NCBI RefSeq assembly: GCF_009914755.1 | Contig: NC_060931.1 | Direction: 5' to 3' (one strand) | Length of the DNA: 64,000 bases | DNA from: the human T2T-CHM13v2.0 reference genome, Homo sapiens | Shown: piece after piece, positions 43,523 through 57,106 of the stretch | How positions within the stretch are numbered: position 1 is the first letter of the stretch | Layout: each line of letters opens with the position of its first letter | Position numbers and translations under genes: made by a program | Notes under the pieces: generated by a model | Seen by the model: only the letters and a program-made list of their open reading frames with translations | What the model was told of the DNA's origin: nothing | The model's database searches: none

Positions 43523-45689
43523 AGGAACAGTTCTTAAATCTAGCTCAGAGATAATATTGTGTGATTGGCTTAAACTGTATTAACTGATTGCAACTTGAAT
43601 TAACAAAATAATCTGAGTTGCATATACAAACAAATACTTTAAAGCTTATTTAAGTTTTTAAATAATTTACCTGAAGTATTTCTATGTGTGTTTGATAATA
43701 ATATTAATGACTTACTAGTGTAGGTAATATACTGTCTCTTTAATAACCTGTAATGAAAATTATCCCTCACCAAATAAATGTATATTTTGTCAAGTTGTCT
43801 ATCATATATTCCTTCCAAGAACCTCTAGATGCACCAGTCCCCAAAGCAGTTTATTTTAAAAGAGACTTACAAGTAATAGTACAGAGAAATGGAGAGCCTA
43901 CTGCTATAATTTTTTTAACCTCTTAAAATATTCTGCAAATTGTGAATATGCTGGAAGTGCTCTTAGTGACTCCAGTAGTTTTATTGAATCAAAAGTAGTT
44001 TACTTTCTTAGCAAATCAATCAATTTTTGCTGGCATAGTACAGCTATGCTGTATGATTTCTTGTATAAGTCATTGAATCTGTCATTTTTAAGAATGAATT
44101 TTTAAAAATGATCTTTTGCTATATAGATTTATAGTCAGCATAGGCTATTGAAGAAACTGTCTCAGAGCATGGAGGATGAATGTCTCCAACTCAAAAATGT
44201 GTTGTGGCTCTCGGAGACTATTGTCTTCATTATCTTTCTCCTGGTGCTTTAGATGTAATTAAAAATTACTATGTGTAATCAAGTATAAGGCGGTTATAAT
44301 AGTATTCTGTTTTTGTTTATATATAAATAGAATTTTTGTTTATATATATGTTTAGTTTATATATATTTTTTCGTTTGTATGTATATCCCTGTAAAACCTT
44401 TATGGTAGTTTGAGGACTAAATAAGACATGTCTGCAGTAAGATAGGAGTGTTTTGGAGGATCTGAGTTTCTTTATATTGTGAAATATTAGCTCAGCTAAT
44501 GATATTAGAAGGACATCAGTTTATATCTGCCTCGGACTTATTGACAACCTCTTTGAGATGAATTTAAATTTGGTTGTATCATTAGACATAGCTTCTAGTA
44601 TCTGATTTAAAGTTACTCAGTTTAGTTTAATGTTATATTGGGTCTTCAAATATTATTTGGTATAATTAAATTTTTGCATTCATAACACAATTTGAATAGA
44701 AGAGCACCAGTTTTTCATTGATTGGAGAAATAAAATATAGCATGAATAATAAATTTAAAGTCATGATGTAAAAGAAGCCAGATGAGACCCTCAGGTCAGA
44801 TAGAATGAGTTTCTATTTGTCTTGCTCTAAAAGACACTGTGTTGGAAAAATCTATTGGGTGAATTAATCAGATTCCCTCTGCGGGCTCTTCATAACTTAA
44901 GGCAGTGAATAGAGTTGCATGTCTCGTTGTCTTCACATATCAGATATGCATAATATGTAGCGATTCAGATCAGCTGCGGGAGTGTTTGGGCGCTTTTGTT
45001 CCTTTGAGTCTTTTAAAGTGGAAAAGAAGTGGCAGTGCATAAAAGTTAGCTCCAGCTATTATTATTTTATTGACCTGTTTCTTCCTAATGGAAACAACAT
45101 TGTGATCACAAATTAGAAAATGAAAGAACTCACTTTTAATGGTTTGAAACTTGTAGGGCAAACAAGATTTTGGCCATACGTGGATGTACTTTAGAACATG
45201 GCTATGTACACATTTTCCAAAAACTCTGTTGGAAAATTAAAGTATTTTTTAATGGATTCTGTAAAGAGACAGATAGTACATTGTGGAGTTTATATGTATT
45301 TGAAAATATGGATAGTTTGATTTATTTTACAAGAGTGCATCAAGGCCAGAGTTTTAATTCTCCTCTTATGTTCTGTTATTCCCTTTTGATGTGCATATTT
45401 CTGTTTTTTATGAAATACTTTAATTTAGACTTAACTACTTGGGACACACGTTTCAAACTATTATATATCGCCTGGCACCAGATGTTTTTGCTTTCCCGTA
45501 TTGTTGGTCTATTGGAAAACAGGGAGGCTCTTAACTGAGGTTGCCTGTAAACTTGATCAAATGTCACTTTAATCCCTGTGTACTTTTGGCAAACTGAGAG
45601 CTATTTAGGAAGTACTTAGTTCGCTTGTTTGAGACAAATATTTCCATTACAGGCTTGGTGGAGGTGACTCCATTTAGGTGTCTTCTAGA

Positions 45690-46330
45690 CACTGTAACTG
45701 ACCTCCATTTAACAGACTCATGGGATGAACGGGTCCTTTACATTCTCTCTGAGAACATACTGACTGGTGGTGCTCAGCTGCTCTCTGGGATGCCTGTGCA
45801 CTCACTGCTGCTTGCACTGTCAAGCTGAATGTTTATGCCCATTGTACTTGTGTTTGTAATAATATAACAATTAACTGATAAAATATAAGTGCATAAAAAA
45901 GAATGTGGCTGTTTCTATGAAAAAATAAAGTAATTGCATTAAAAATAGGATACAGGTGTTACTAAACTTTTTTATTGACTCAAATGTAGGAGAGACAACT
46001 CTATATAGACTGCATAGATTTAGGAGACTTCAGCCCTAGTGTCTTTAAATCCTCCCCTTATGAAACCTGATACTGGAATTTGTAGATAATGCTTTGGTTA
46101 TGGTTAATGTGGAAAAAATAGCTCAATTCCTGGACCATCTTCAAAGAAAAATTCTTCACTGCATTTCAAAAGATACTTGAGTGAATGTCCATTTATAAGA
46201 ATTAAGTTAACTGAAAATTTTAAGGTATATTTTATAATTTATTTTTATGATTCACCATTTTAAGTAACATTTTTGCTTTGTCCATTTACTAGTGGTATCC
46301 ACTGCATTAATAATGGTGGAGTATTATTTT
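45690..46330 (+). mobile_element. Tigger (Tigger13a-like) TcMar DNA-transposon relic
   Basis: Decayed transposase N-terminus-like text (gtttctatgaaaa, gtaggagagacaact, gaaacctgatactggaatttgtagataatgc, ggaccatcttcaaagaaaa); family recalled from memory. Confidence 0.55.
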
Positions 46331-47792
46331 ACATCCTTTACCTGTATCTGCATTAATTACCTGTATCTGTTTATGCACTGAGGATGTATTTGAGCCTCAT
46401 TACTTTGTTATTTTCAATTACCTAGTTACAGGTCCTGAATATTAAAGTTTACCTTTTCACTATCTAGTAAGAACGTATCCAGTAAACAGTAATAACCTAG
46501 AAAAATCTTTAAGGGAAAATGTATAAATATCTAAAAAAAGACTTGACCTGTTTGTGTAGAAGTAAGCTAAGTACATTTTAAAACTTTTTCTTTGGAAATA
46601 ATTTAAACTTGAAAACCTGTAAGAAGAATGCAGAGAATACTAAAATATCCTTTACCACTAGCTTTGTTATTTTTTATCAATCAATCATCTGTCGGTCTAA
46701 TGTGTGTGTATATAGATAGGTAGACATATAGTCTCTTTTTTGAACTATTTGAAAGTAAGTTGCATATAAGATAGTATACATTTCTTAGGGATAAAGATAT
46801 CCACTTACATTATGCAGTGCAGTTATCACCTTCAGTATGTTTATACCTATTCAGCATATCTGAAGTTATCAACCTCAGATACGATACTTATTATCTTTTA
46901 TATGGTTTGTTTTCCAATTCTGTCAGTTAACCCAATACCACCTTTTATGGCTTCTGTTCACCTCAGTGCAGAACCAAGTGTAGAATCATGCATTACATTT
47001 ACTTGTCATATCTTTTTAGTCTCCTTTAATTTGGCATAGTTCTTCAGCCTTCTTCTATATTTATGAATTGACATTTTAAAATATAGGTCTTTTTAAAAAT
47101 GGAATGTCCCTCATGTTATGTTTATGTAATGTTTCCTCTTGTTTAGTTTTAGGTTATGTGTTCCCAGTGGGAATGTTATGTAACTGATATTGTGCCCTCA
47201 GGGTTTCACATCTGGAGGCACATGGCGTCCATCTGCTTCTCAGTTTTGATGCTAATTTTGATCATCTAGTCAAGGTGTTAGTCGATTTCTTTATGCTATT
47301 TTTTCCCCTTGCTACTGTGGGCAATCTGTGGGGAGACATTTTAATTCCATACAGATGCCTTGCTCCTCATTAAAATATTTCCCCTAGAGTTAGCATTCAT
47401 CGATTTGTCTTTACTGTGGTGGTTACAAAATGATGACATTTCCCTCCAAATTGACCCTTGGCCTTCTCACGTACAAGATCCCCTATATTTTCTTTCTTTC
47501 TTTATTCATTTATTTCTGGTGTGAACTTACAGATTCCTGTTTTCCTGCAATGACCTATAATTAATTACTGTTTTTAAAGATAATTTTGGTGCTCAGATTA
47601 TCTGAATGGGCAAATAGGAACCTCTTCAAGTTGGCTCCTATGTCTTAGTGATATGCCCAACTATTTTAGCACCTTCCTACTTTGTGACATAACTAGATTT
47701 TACAGGCTTTTATTTTATGCTTTTGTGCTTCAGCACTTCCCCATGGACCCTGATTCCTCTGCATGGGGAATGCTATTAGAAACCAAATTCTG

Positions 47793-48090
47793 GGCTGGGC
47801 ACAGTGGCTCACGCCTGTAATCCCAGCACTTTGGGAGGCCAAGGCGGGCGGATCACCTGAGGTCAGGAGCTTGAGACCAGCCTGGCCAACATGGTGAAAC
47901 CCCATCTCTACTAAAAATACAAAAATTAGCTGGGCGTCGTGGCACATGCCTGTAATCCTGGCTACTCAGGAGGCTGAGGCAGGAGGATTGCTTGAATTTG
48001 GGAGGCAGAGGTTGCAGTGAGTCGAGATTGTGATATTGCACTCCAGCCTGGGCGACAGAGCGAGACTCTGTCTCCAAAAATCCGCAAAAG
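47793..48090 (+). mobile_element. AluSx/Sz
   Basis: ggatcacctgaggtcaggag. TSD ACCAAATTCTG at 47782-47792 and 48091-48101. Confidence 0.94.
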
Positions 48091-48169
48091 ACCAAATTCT
48101 GGGTAGATGTGTTCATTGGTACTGGGAATCTGCTTTTAGGGCCTTTGAGCAGATAGAGCTAGAAAATGT

Positions 48170-48171
<2 letters not shown>

Positions 48172-48206
<35 letters not shown>
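48172..48206. repeat. (GT)n microsatellite followed by an RY-alternating tract to ~48270
   Basis: Directly visible. Confidence 0.96.
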
Positions 48207-48210
<4 letters not shown>

Positions 48211-49747
48211 CATTCATATATACATTCACATGCATGTATGTGTATATATGCACATGCATGTGCACATACATATTTTAAAACTGTGTCCACTTATAACCTT
48301 AATTTGAATCCATCCCTGTAGAGGTTTTTTATTTCTCCCATGGTAAGAACCCTAACTTGCAACGACTTCAATATATTTACTTGTTTGCTAAAATCTATAT
48401 TATATCTAAAGTACTTTCAGAATTGTTGTGCTGTAGCACTACAAAATCAAACCTAATAAAAAGAGTTTAGAGTTATTTATAGTTCTCTTCCCATTTTGAC
48501 CAAGAATGTTCTCCAATCAAGAATACTGTGTTCATAAACTTCCATAAGTTGTTCTTTTATTGTATATATTTAATGTGTACAACATGAAGTTTTTATAAAC
48601 ATATAGATAATGAGAAATGATTACTACAGTAAAACCAGGTAACATATCCATCACTTAGCAGTTACCTTCTTCTTCATGGCAGTGGGGCTATATTACACAT
48701 TTGAAATACAATTTGGATTTGTTTGTTTACTTTCAGTTTTATTCCTTCTTCCCCATCCTTGTTGATTTAACTTTATTTTTTGAATGTCAGTAACAGTAAC
48801 ATGTTTCAAAAAGTCAAACTATTCAAAAAGATATACTCAGAGAAGTGTCACTTCCTCTAGTGTCCTGTCCAGTCTGTTCTTACCTCTCCACCCTCCATAT
48901 AGGTAAACAACTTCAACAGTTTCCTATTGTAGCCCATACTAAAGGGGAAGGGAATTAAGATCTGCCTTTTGAAGTGAGGCATATCAAAGAATTTGGGTAC
49001 ATATTTTAAAACCATCACACCGTGTTTATGGTTCTTTAAAACTTACCTGTCTGTCCGTCCATCCATCCATCCATTCATTTATCCATCTACCCACCCATGT
49101 ATCTACTGCACATATATATGTTTCCTTGTTTTTAAGAGCTGATTGTATTGCTAGGGGCAGTAATCTTTGCCTTTCATATATATATATTCATATTTTCATA
49201 TATATAGTGAATATTTTTCTAATTTTCCATCTTTTAAATATGTATATGTTTTTATGCATAGATTTTTTTTTTTTCATTTTTAGGGAATCATCCTATTATG
49301 GTTTCTGGTTTTGGGGTATGTTTATAAAAGTTTTCACCATTCTAATATGAGAAAAATATTTACCTATAGTTTCATCTTTTATATTTACATGTTTTAATTA
49401 CCTGAAATTTATTTTAGCATAAGGATTGAGTAGGAAATTCATCCTCTCTTTTCTTTCACATTGCTTTCTGGTTGTCTCAGTAGCATTTATTGAATAATCC
49501 ATCTTTTCCCCACTGCTTCAAAGTGTTGCCATTATCATAAATTATTCTTAATATATGCTTGGGCCTGTATCTCAATGATGATATTATATTATTTGTCTTT
49601 TCCTGTGTCAGTACCACCCTCTTTTATTTACTGAAGCATGATAATGTGCTTATCATACAGTTAGTCTTCCAGTAAACATTAGAATTACTTGTTTCAAAAT
49701 TTAAAACGTTTTCTATTGAGATTTTGATTAGCCTGGCATTGAATTTA

Positions 49748-50024
49748 TTTAATTTATTATATTTCTTTAGAGATAGAGTCTTGTTCTGTCACCCAGGCTG
49801 GAGTGTTAGTGGCACTGTCATAGCTTACTGTAGCCTCAAACTCCTGGACTCAAGTGATCCTCCTGCTTCAGCCTCCCAACTAGATAGGACTACAAGTGCA
49901 TGCCATCTTGCCCAGCCAATTAATTTTTTTTTTTTTTTTTTTTTGTAGAGATGAGGTCTTGCTTTGTTGCCCAGTCTGCCCTTGAACTCCTGGCTTCAAG
50001 TGTGTGAGCCACAGTGCCTAGCCA
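49748..50024 (-). mobile_element. AluJ with a ~40-bp internal deletion in the left arm
   Basis: ggcttcaagtg joined directly to tgtgagccac. TSD GCATTGAATTTA at 49736-49747 and 50025-50036. Confidence 0.9.
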
Positions 50025-53000
50025 GCATTGAATTTAGAAATTAGGAAGAACTGATATGTGTAAAATATTCAAGTCTTACTGTTCAAATACAAGTTCTCTC
50101 TCCAGTCATTTTCCTTCTGTTCCTTATTTACATTTTCTAGTTTTTCTCATATAGATACTGTATATTTCTTATTAATATTTATTACCTGCTGCTTCATGTT
50201 TCTTTTTGTTGATATTTTGATTGTACTTTTTATTTAACTAAATTTTCTCTTTTAGTATTGGTACATAAGAAAGCTGTTTTATTCTACATATTGAGTTTAA
50301 CAAACAGCGCAGCATAGTGTGTGTTTTTGGACAAGTTACTTCCTTCAATATTTTCATCTTTAAGATGATATTGTAGCTACTTCATAAGAATAATGAGATA
50401 ATCTTTTAAAGAGATTAATACATAGTTCTCAATTAACAAATATTAATTCTTATTATGATGATTTTTAGTTTTCTAGACGTTAGTCTACTGAATTTTCTTT
50501 TGTTTCCAGTAGTTTTTTCAGTTAACTTCTGTGGTTTCCAAATATTGAGTCATTTATCTCTAAATAAATATTTAGCCTTCTTTTTCCAATTAGGGAAGAT
50601 TTTACAGTGCCTCTCAAAAGGCAGTTTAATTCAGCGAGAAGAAGTCTTGGATCATTACCATGTCAGCTGCCTTTGACTTTTTGATGAAAATGTCAGCCAT
50701 GTTCTAATGAGAATGAATTTGGGGAATTAACTTATGAAAAATGAATTATACAATATAGTTTTGTTTATTTCATTGAGAAGCTCCTGGAAGACATGGTCTG
50801 TGTTATTCCTGATGACCTTGTTGAAAATTGAAGGGCACTATTATCTTAGTAAAAGAAAAGGACTCTGTCTTAATCCTCACTGTATCCCATTCCCTATCAT
50901 GAGTACTGGCAAATGTTGTCAACTAAATGAATTAACCAGAAAGCATAATATAGAGTGCATAAGATGAAATAGGAGTATTTCTGTGATTTTCTAAAAGTAA
51001 GATTGGCGGAAAGTGGTTAAGTCCAAATTCCTACCAGTGGCCATTAATCCTGAGATAAAGATTTGTTGGGAGAATCAATGGAACTTTTTTTTGTCTTTGA
51101 TGAAAAGTTTTCATATGTTAAACATTCCAGTGTGCTTAAAGTGAATTTTAAGTGAGTAATGTGGTTCAATTATATTGTATGAGCAAGAGAAGATGAGAAA
51201 CTCTAACCAAATAGCAAATTGTTTGTGAACTAAAGACCAGAGAGGAATAAAAGACTTAAAAACTCATTCATGTGACTGCCTCTAATATGTGAATACATGA
51301 TCTAGTTGTGATTGAATTTTTTTTTTAAGCAGCAGCTGTGACTTATGCAACTTAGAAATGTTAACTTTCAAGTAGATCAAATCATCCACATCAGAACAGA
51401 GGGGTAATTTATTCAAAAAAAGATCTCCCTATTTTCTAACCCATGATTTGAGTGGGCTGTAAAATGTAAACATGAGAAGTAGGGAGATTTGAGGGATACG
51501 TGTAGGGTAGCCAAATATGTTCTTTTTTCTTAAACCTAAAAAATCATCCTCAACATGAGTCTATTATATTTATTAACCGACCAGAGTTAAGGGTCTATTT
51601 AGGGCTGGTCTAAAAGTTAGGCCAAGAAGCAGGTCTGAACTTCTGGACTTTTGGGTTGAGGAAGGCTAATTAAAACAAGAACTGTGAGAAAAAGCTTTCT
51701 TTAGAAGGCTACGAAGGGTGAGTAGGGTTTTGGTTTGATAGAAGATGGAAAAGGAGGGCTTTTTGAACAAGGGAAAAAGATGGAAACAGTAGTACTGAAA
51801 GGAGAAATAATTAAGGGATATGAAGATAATAATGGATCTAGATACATATTAATGACTAAATGTGTAATGAGATGGGGAAATGGGGAAGTGATATGCTAGG
51901 TTTTCAGAGGGTCTTGAAAACAAGGCAGAAAGTTTTCATCTGTGATGCTTTTGGGTAAGAGTCTCCTTCTCACCCCCCAAGAAGGATTTCAGTTATTTAA
52001 AACATAGCATTTTACCTTTAAAACCTGTTTACATATTTTGAAAGACATTTGAAAGAGAAATACATTATATTAATCTTGAGAAACAACTTGTAGTATAAAA
52101 GCAATTTCTGAGGTACCCTGATAAATAAAATTGTGGAATAGTGGCCTCTTTCTTTTGATGATGATCTAAAGCAAATAGGAACAGTTGCTGCAGCTGAAAG
52201 TGTTGATAACTGCTGAAGGACAGAGAAGACAGCCAATAAATACTTGATTTAAACCACAAGATTTGACAAGTGAGAAATGTGACTTAGAATTATGATTTCT
52301 TTTTTCCTCAGTGTCACCTAAATCAATACGAATAATATTAGAATGACAAAGTATAAAGTAAAAGGCTAAGGCTCTAAGGGAAGTATTAGGGGGGAAGTTC
52401 AAGAGATCCAGGTTGGACTGTGGTTATCATAGCAGTCAGAACACACATTCCTATGACCTGTTCCTACATCTAATAAAATGATTGTTTCAGAGATTTCTGG
52501 TGGACACTCAATATCTGGTTTTGATGCCTGAGATCAGTCATAGACCAGTGAATACGGATTTCTAATGGCAGTCAGTATTGGCACCTGAGAAATTAAATAG
52601 GAAAAGGAAATATAAAAGGAAAAAGCCTGTCATCTTACGATCATATTGAAGAAACTTATCTTGATGATTTAATCTTTTTCTCTTAGGGTCATAATTAGCC
52701 TTTGCTATGTGTCAGTATTTTTAAATTGCATTATTCAAAATATAATAATTTCTCTTTTTTAAAAAATTGTTTTTTATTATTTATAGGGCAAATGGAAATG
52801 ACTTAAGGATGCACGTTAAAGCACCTAGGTAGTAATTAATGGGCAATGACAGTAAGAGGTATTAACAAAAAACTGCTGCTAACAGATTATTACAAAAGTA
52901 AACTAGAAAAGATATTCCGTGACATATTTAAAGTTTATTATGGTAATGTAATAAAAGCTGTCATACTTAGTGACCTAGTGGGAGAATGTCCCAAAACAGG

Positions 53001-54529
53001 ATTTCTGATATAGCAGGCACTATAATCTCCACTGGTGTAGTCAGTGCTGACTTCAGAGACAGTTTGGAACAGCGTTCATATGTAGAAACAATATTTACAA
53101 TATGATTATATTACTCTGCCCACCCAAAAGCCATAATGAATTTTCAGAGTCCCTCCCTTCCCTTTTCTCTCTCCTTTCCTCTCTCCCACCCAGCAAAATA
53201 ACTGTGCTGTATGAGACTTTGTGTTCAGCATTGGGTTGGAGTGGTTAGTAAACCAGAAAGAACAGTCCCTGGCCCTCCCACAGTGCTTGCCTTTGTGGAG
53301 CTTGAGCTCTGTCCTCCACCGCTCCTCCACTGTCAGTACCCTTAGTTTTCAGACAAGTCAGCAGGCAGTTAGAATACAGTATCAATACTGTAGTTGTAGG
53401 TATCTTGAATTCTGGTGCTCAAGAATAACCAGATATGGCTGAATGTGGTTGAAGAGGTGGAAAGAGACTTGTGGAGCTCTTAAAGGGATTTGTGTTTACT
53501 TTCAGGAGCCATAGAAAGAAGATAATGGTGCTGGTTTTAATGATTAATTTAGCTTATTTATGATTTTCTTTTTATCTGGTACAGATTAGATACTATTAAT
53601 ACTTTTATTTTTATCTGTTATCACCAGGGTCCTTTGTTTTATGTATGGACTGAAGGGCTATTCAGGGAGGTTGGGTGTGGGTAGGGAACCTCTTAAGATT
53701 GAGCAAGAATGGCAGAAAATGGAGGAGAGGGATAAAAGAGGAAGGGCATGAATGTATGAAAATGAAAATGTTTAATTGAACTGTGTAGTCTGTGAGCCCT
53801 TGGTCTCCTTTGAGGAGAAAAAGACCGAAGGCATTTTTACAATTAGATCTTCTCATACTACCCCAGGGAAAACCATTAGCCCAGACTAGTTTAGCTGCTG
53901 ACTAGAAATTTGTTCCTTGGGGAAGGGTAAGAAATACATGACTGTTGTGAACAGACTGCTTTTATATTTAATGTTTATAAAATGAGTTTCCATAATCCTA
54001 TATCTTTCCATAATTCCAGGGAATTTTGACCTCAAAATAGCATTTGAAAAAATGTATGGAACTTAAATACTTTGAAGACATAAAACACATCTAGGACTTA
54101 ATAATTGTTTGCCGAATAGATGAGGAATTTGAAAGTTTGTAATAAACTGCAAATTATTTGGAAATCATTCTTTGATGATATAGCAGGAAGGGAAATTATT
54201 GGGCTTTGAGAAAATTTTTATAGAATTTCAGGCTTCATGATCAACGTAAGAGACTTAACATTACGAAGACTAACTACTATATTGATGCTCAAACTTACAT
54301 TTTAGTTTTTGCTTACCTTTTTAAAAAGTAAATATTTTCTTCTGTGTACTTAAGAAACTGCATTAGAAAAATCTGATCATTTGTACTAGGCATAATTTTT
54401 GATAAAGTAGTATACCATCAAAAATTGAGGGTTCACTTCTTTAGACTGTAAACCCTATAAAGCAGACCTCAATCTACTTTTAATGCTCTGAAAGGTATAT
54501 TAGGTAAGTTTGCTTGATGTTTGCTGTCT

Positions 54530-54740
54530 TAGAAGAGGCAGGTTGTGTGACACTTAAGTGTGTGGGTTCTGGGGCCAGGCTGCCTATATTTGAATTGTAG
54601 CTTTACTAGGATTCCATTTGGTGGCCTTTTTAGTGCCCCAGGTTTCACATCTGTAAAATGGGATTAAAAATAGTACCTGCCTTCCTCAAGGGATTCTTGT
54701 ACAGTTTAAATATGGCAATACCTGTAAAATACTTAGAAAT
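54530..54740 (+). mobile_element. MIR
   Basis: ggttctggggccaggctgcc...ccccaggtttcacatctgtaaaatgggattaaaaatagtacctgcc. Confidence 0.75.
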
Positions 54741-55399
54741 ACCCATTATTATGGTCAATATTTTACTATTAACTTCTTTCACTATGTCTGTGTACTTTTT
54801 GTTTATAAAGTATTATTAAATAAAATACCACAACTTAATTTATTTCATCTTAGCAGGAAGTTTCTTTAGAAGCACGAAAGATTGTGTTTATAACAGTATT
54901 CAGTATAATAGTGTGGTTTCTCTCATATTGAGCCAGATGGCGTTCTCTAGCTACAGAATGAGGAACCCTTTAGCTGTGTGTCATTTTATGAGCCGCAACA
55001 TAAATTTAAAATAAAATTATTATGAATTTAAAAATTGATATATAGCAAATGTAGAGAATTTTCCCCATGGTTGTAATAAAATAATTTTTGTATCATGATA
55101 TGTAAGAGCAAAAGAATAAGAATGAAAACAATTATACTTCTAAGCATTCATTTTGACAAAGATTACTTTAGAAAGTAAGCAAATTAAAGTAAAACAGAAT
55201 AAACAATGATAAGTTTAATTAGAAATGTGACCACCATTCCCTTGGTGCTCAGTTCAGACTTAAGTCCTCTATTTATTTTGTATTGTGATTTTCTATTTTA
55301 TTCTTACTCATAGTAATAATTACTTGAAAATATTTTATAAAAACATTAACATATACTCCCTGTTTGGTCACACAATTTGGTGTTTTATGGAGAGAAATA

Positions 55400-56260
55400 A
55401 TTTTATTCACAAATATTTATTGAACATCTAGTGTGTGTTTATCTCAGTTGTGGACCATGAGGGTACAACTGTGGACAAAACAGTCCTGCCCTCCCGGAAC
55501 TTAGCCGTGAAGGGAGGCAGATAATAAAGACACAGGTAAAATTTGTTTGTATGAGGGTGGTAAGTACTGTGGAAAAAAATAAAGAGAAGGGGGGTATAGG
55601 AAAGTTTGTCATTTTAAATAGGATGGTCAGGGAAGACTTCACAGAAAAGATGACTTGTAGGCATAGACTTGGAGGCCATGAAGAAGTGACCCATGAGGCT
55701 GCACAGGAGAATGGTGTTTCAGGCAGAGAGAATGGCAAGGCGGCTGTTGTGGATGGAGAATAGTAAGGGGAGAGTAGTAGGAATTTTTCAGAAACACGAG
55801 CTACATTGCACAGGGCCTTGTAGGCTGCTGTAAAATTGGCCTTTATTCTGAATGAGATGGGAAACCATTGGAAGTTTTCAGGCAGAGTGAAGTGACGTTG
55901 CTTCCATTTCAAAAAGATGACTTTTTCAGCTATTCTGAGAAGAAGACAGTAGGGAGTAGCAGGAAACCAGTGAGAGGCACCTACAATAATCTGCAAGATG
56001 ATGGTACATCACCACCATCCAACTACGGTGGCTGCACTGGAGACATTGAGAAATGGTTGGATTTTTAATTCATTTTGAAGGTAGAGCCAGAAGTATTTGC
56101 TAACAGATTGGATATCAAATTAGAGTTATCAAGGCATTGAGTCTGAATAATTTGGAGGATGTAATTACCATAAGTGAGGTTTGGGAGTGCTGTGAAGGAG
56201 TTGATTTCATAATTGTTGTGGGGCAGGAGATAAGCAGTTTTATTTCAGATGAGTGAGTTT
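55400..56260 (-). mobile_element. L2a-like
   Basis: attcacaaatatttattgaacatct...ggctttattctgaatgagatgggaaaaccattggaagtttt...attttgaaggtagagcca-like motifs. Confidence 0.8.
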
Positions 56261-57047
56261 GAGAGGAAAGGTGCATTTTCTACATACATAAGTTGTCCTA
56301 TTCCAAGTGTGTGCTATACTTAAAGGTATAAAAAATAAAGGAAAATGAAATATGGTGTGCTCCAATCTGCGAAATACATATGTTTTGCATCTGTAATTGT
56401 TTTAAAGATACATTTGATTGCAAATATTTGACAACCAGTATTTCTAGCTTTTCTTCTTATATCGTTGGTCCATCGAATGCTTCTTTTTCTGTAAGACAAG
56501 AGCGTATTTTTTGTGTGTTATATTGGTTTGGTTTTCAGACAGATATACCCAGATATTCCATTACATTTCTATATTCCAAGGACTTATTTTTCAAGTATTA
56601 TCAACTTTGGATGGCTGTGTGTTTATTTCAAAATGATATCACAGTTGCCCAAATATTTTTGAAATTCTGTTTTTGTGTTAATTAAAGAATTAGCTTATAA
56701 GCCACTCTGGAAAATCAGTCTTGTAGGAGTTTTTAATTTTTATATATTGACTTCTATACAACCTTTGCTTTGACATACTGTACACTGATATCCCTTAAGA
56801 GCCAAAAACCATTTACATGCCACGTTTGTTTTTTCAGCTGTCAGCAGACTAATGATATGGACTAAGAAGAATGCATGAGGGCTCTGCCTGGTGGAGACTA
56901 TGCTGGCGGGCCATGATGGGGTCTTCCTGTTCTCTGCTTCCTGCCCCAGGACTAGGGGAGGAATAAATTATATATATAATTTATTTCCAAAGGATACTTT
57001 TAAAGTAAATGACACATATTGTTATATTTGCTAAAATGGGCTATTGT

Positions 57048-57106
57048 GGTTGGGTGTGGTGGTTCATGCCTGTAATCCCAGCACTTTGGGAGGCTGGGGC
57101 AGGTGA
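57048..57106 (+). mobile_element. Alu 5' fragment (~58 bp)
   Basis: ggttgggtgtggtggttcatgcctgtaatcccagcactttgggaggctggggcaggtga, then non-Alu sequence. Confidence 0.85.

Larger units (their letters stand above)
46585..50270 (-). mobile_element. Mosaic of old L1M (L1MC4/L1ME-like) fragments with nested Alus
   Basis: gaactatttgaaagtaagttgca, cattacatttacttgtcatatctttttagtctcc, gcatttattgaataatccatcttttcccc. Confidence 0.6.

Noticed and set aside
52787-52830. Possible 42-nt exon after a strong polypyrimidine tract (tttatag|GGCAAATG...CCTAG|gtagt)
   Set aside because: Donor is weak and the sequence resembles a decayed MIR 3' part.
55439-55996. 185-aa ORF
   Set aside because: Lies wholly within an L2 relic; chance open frame.
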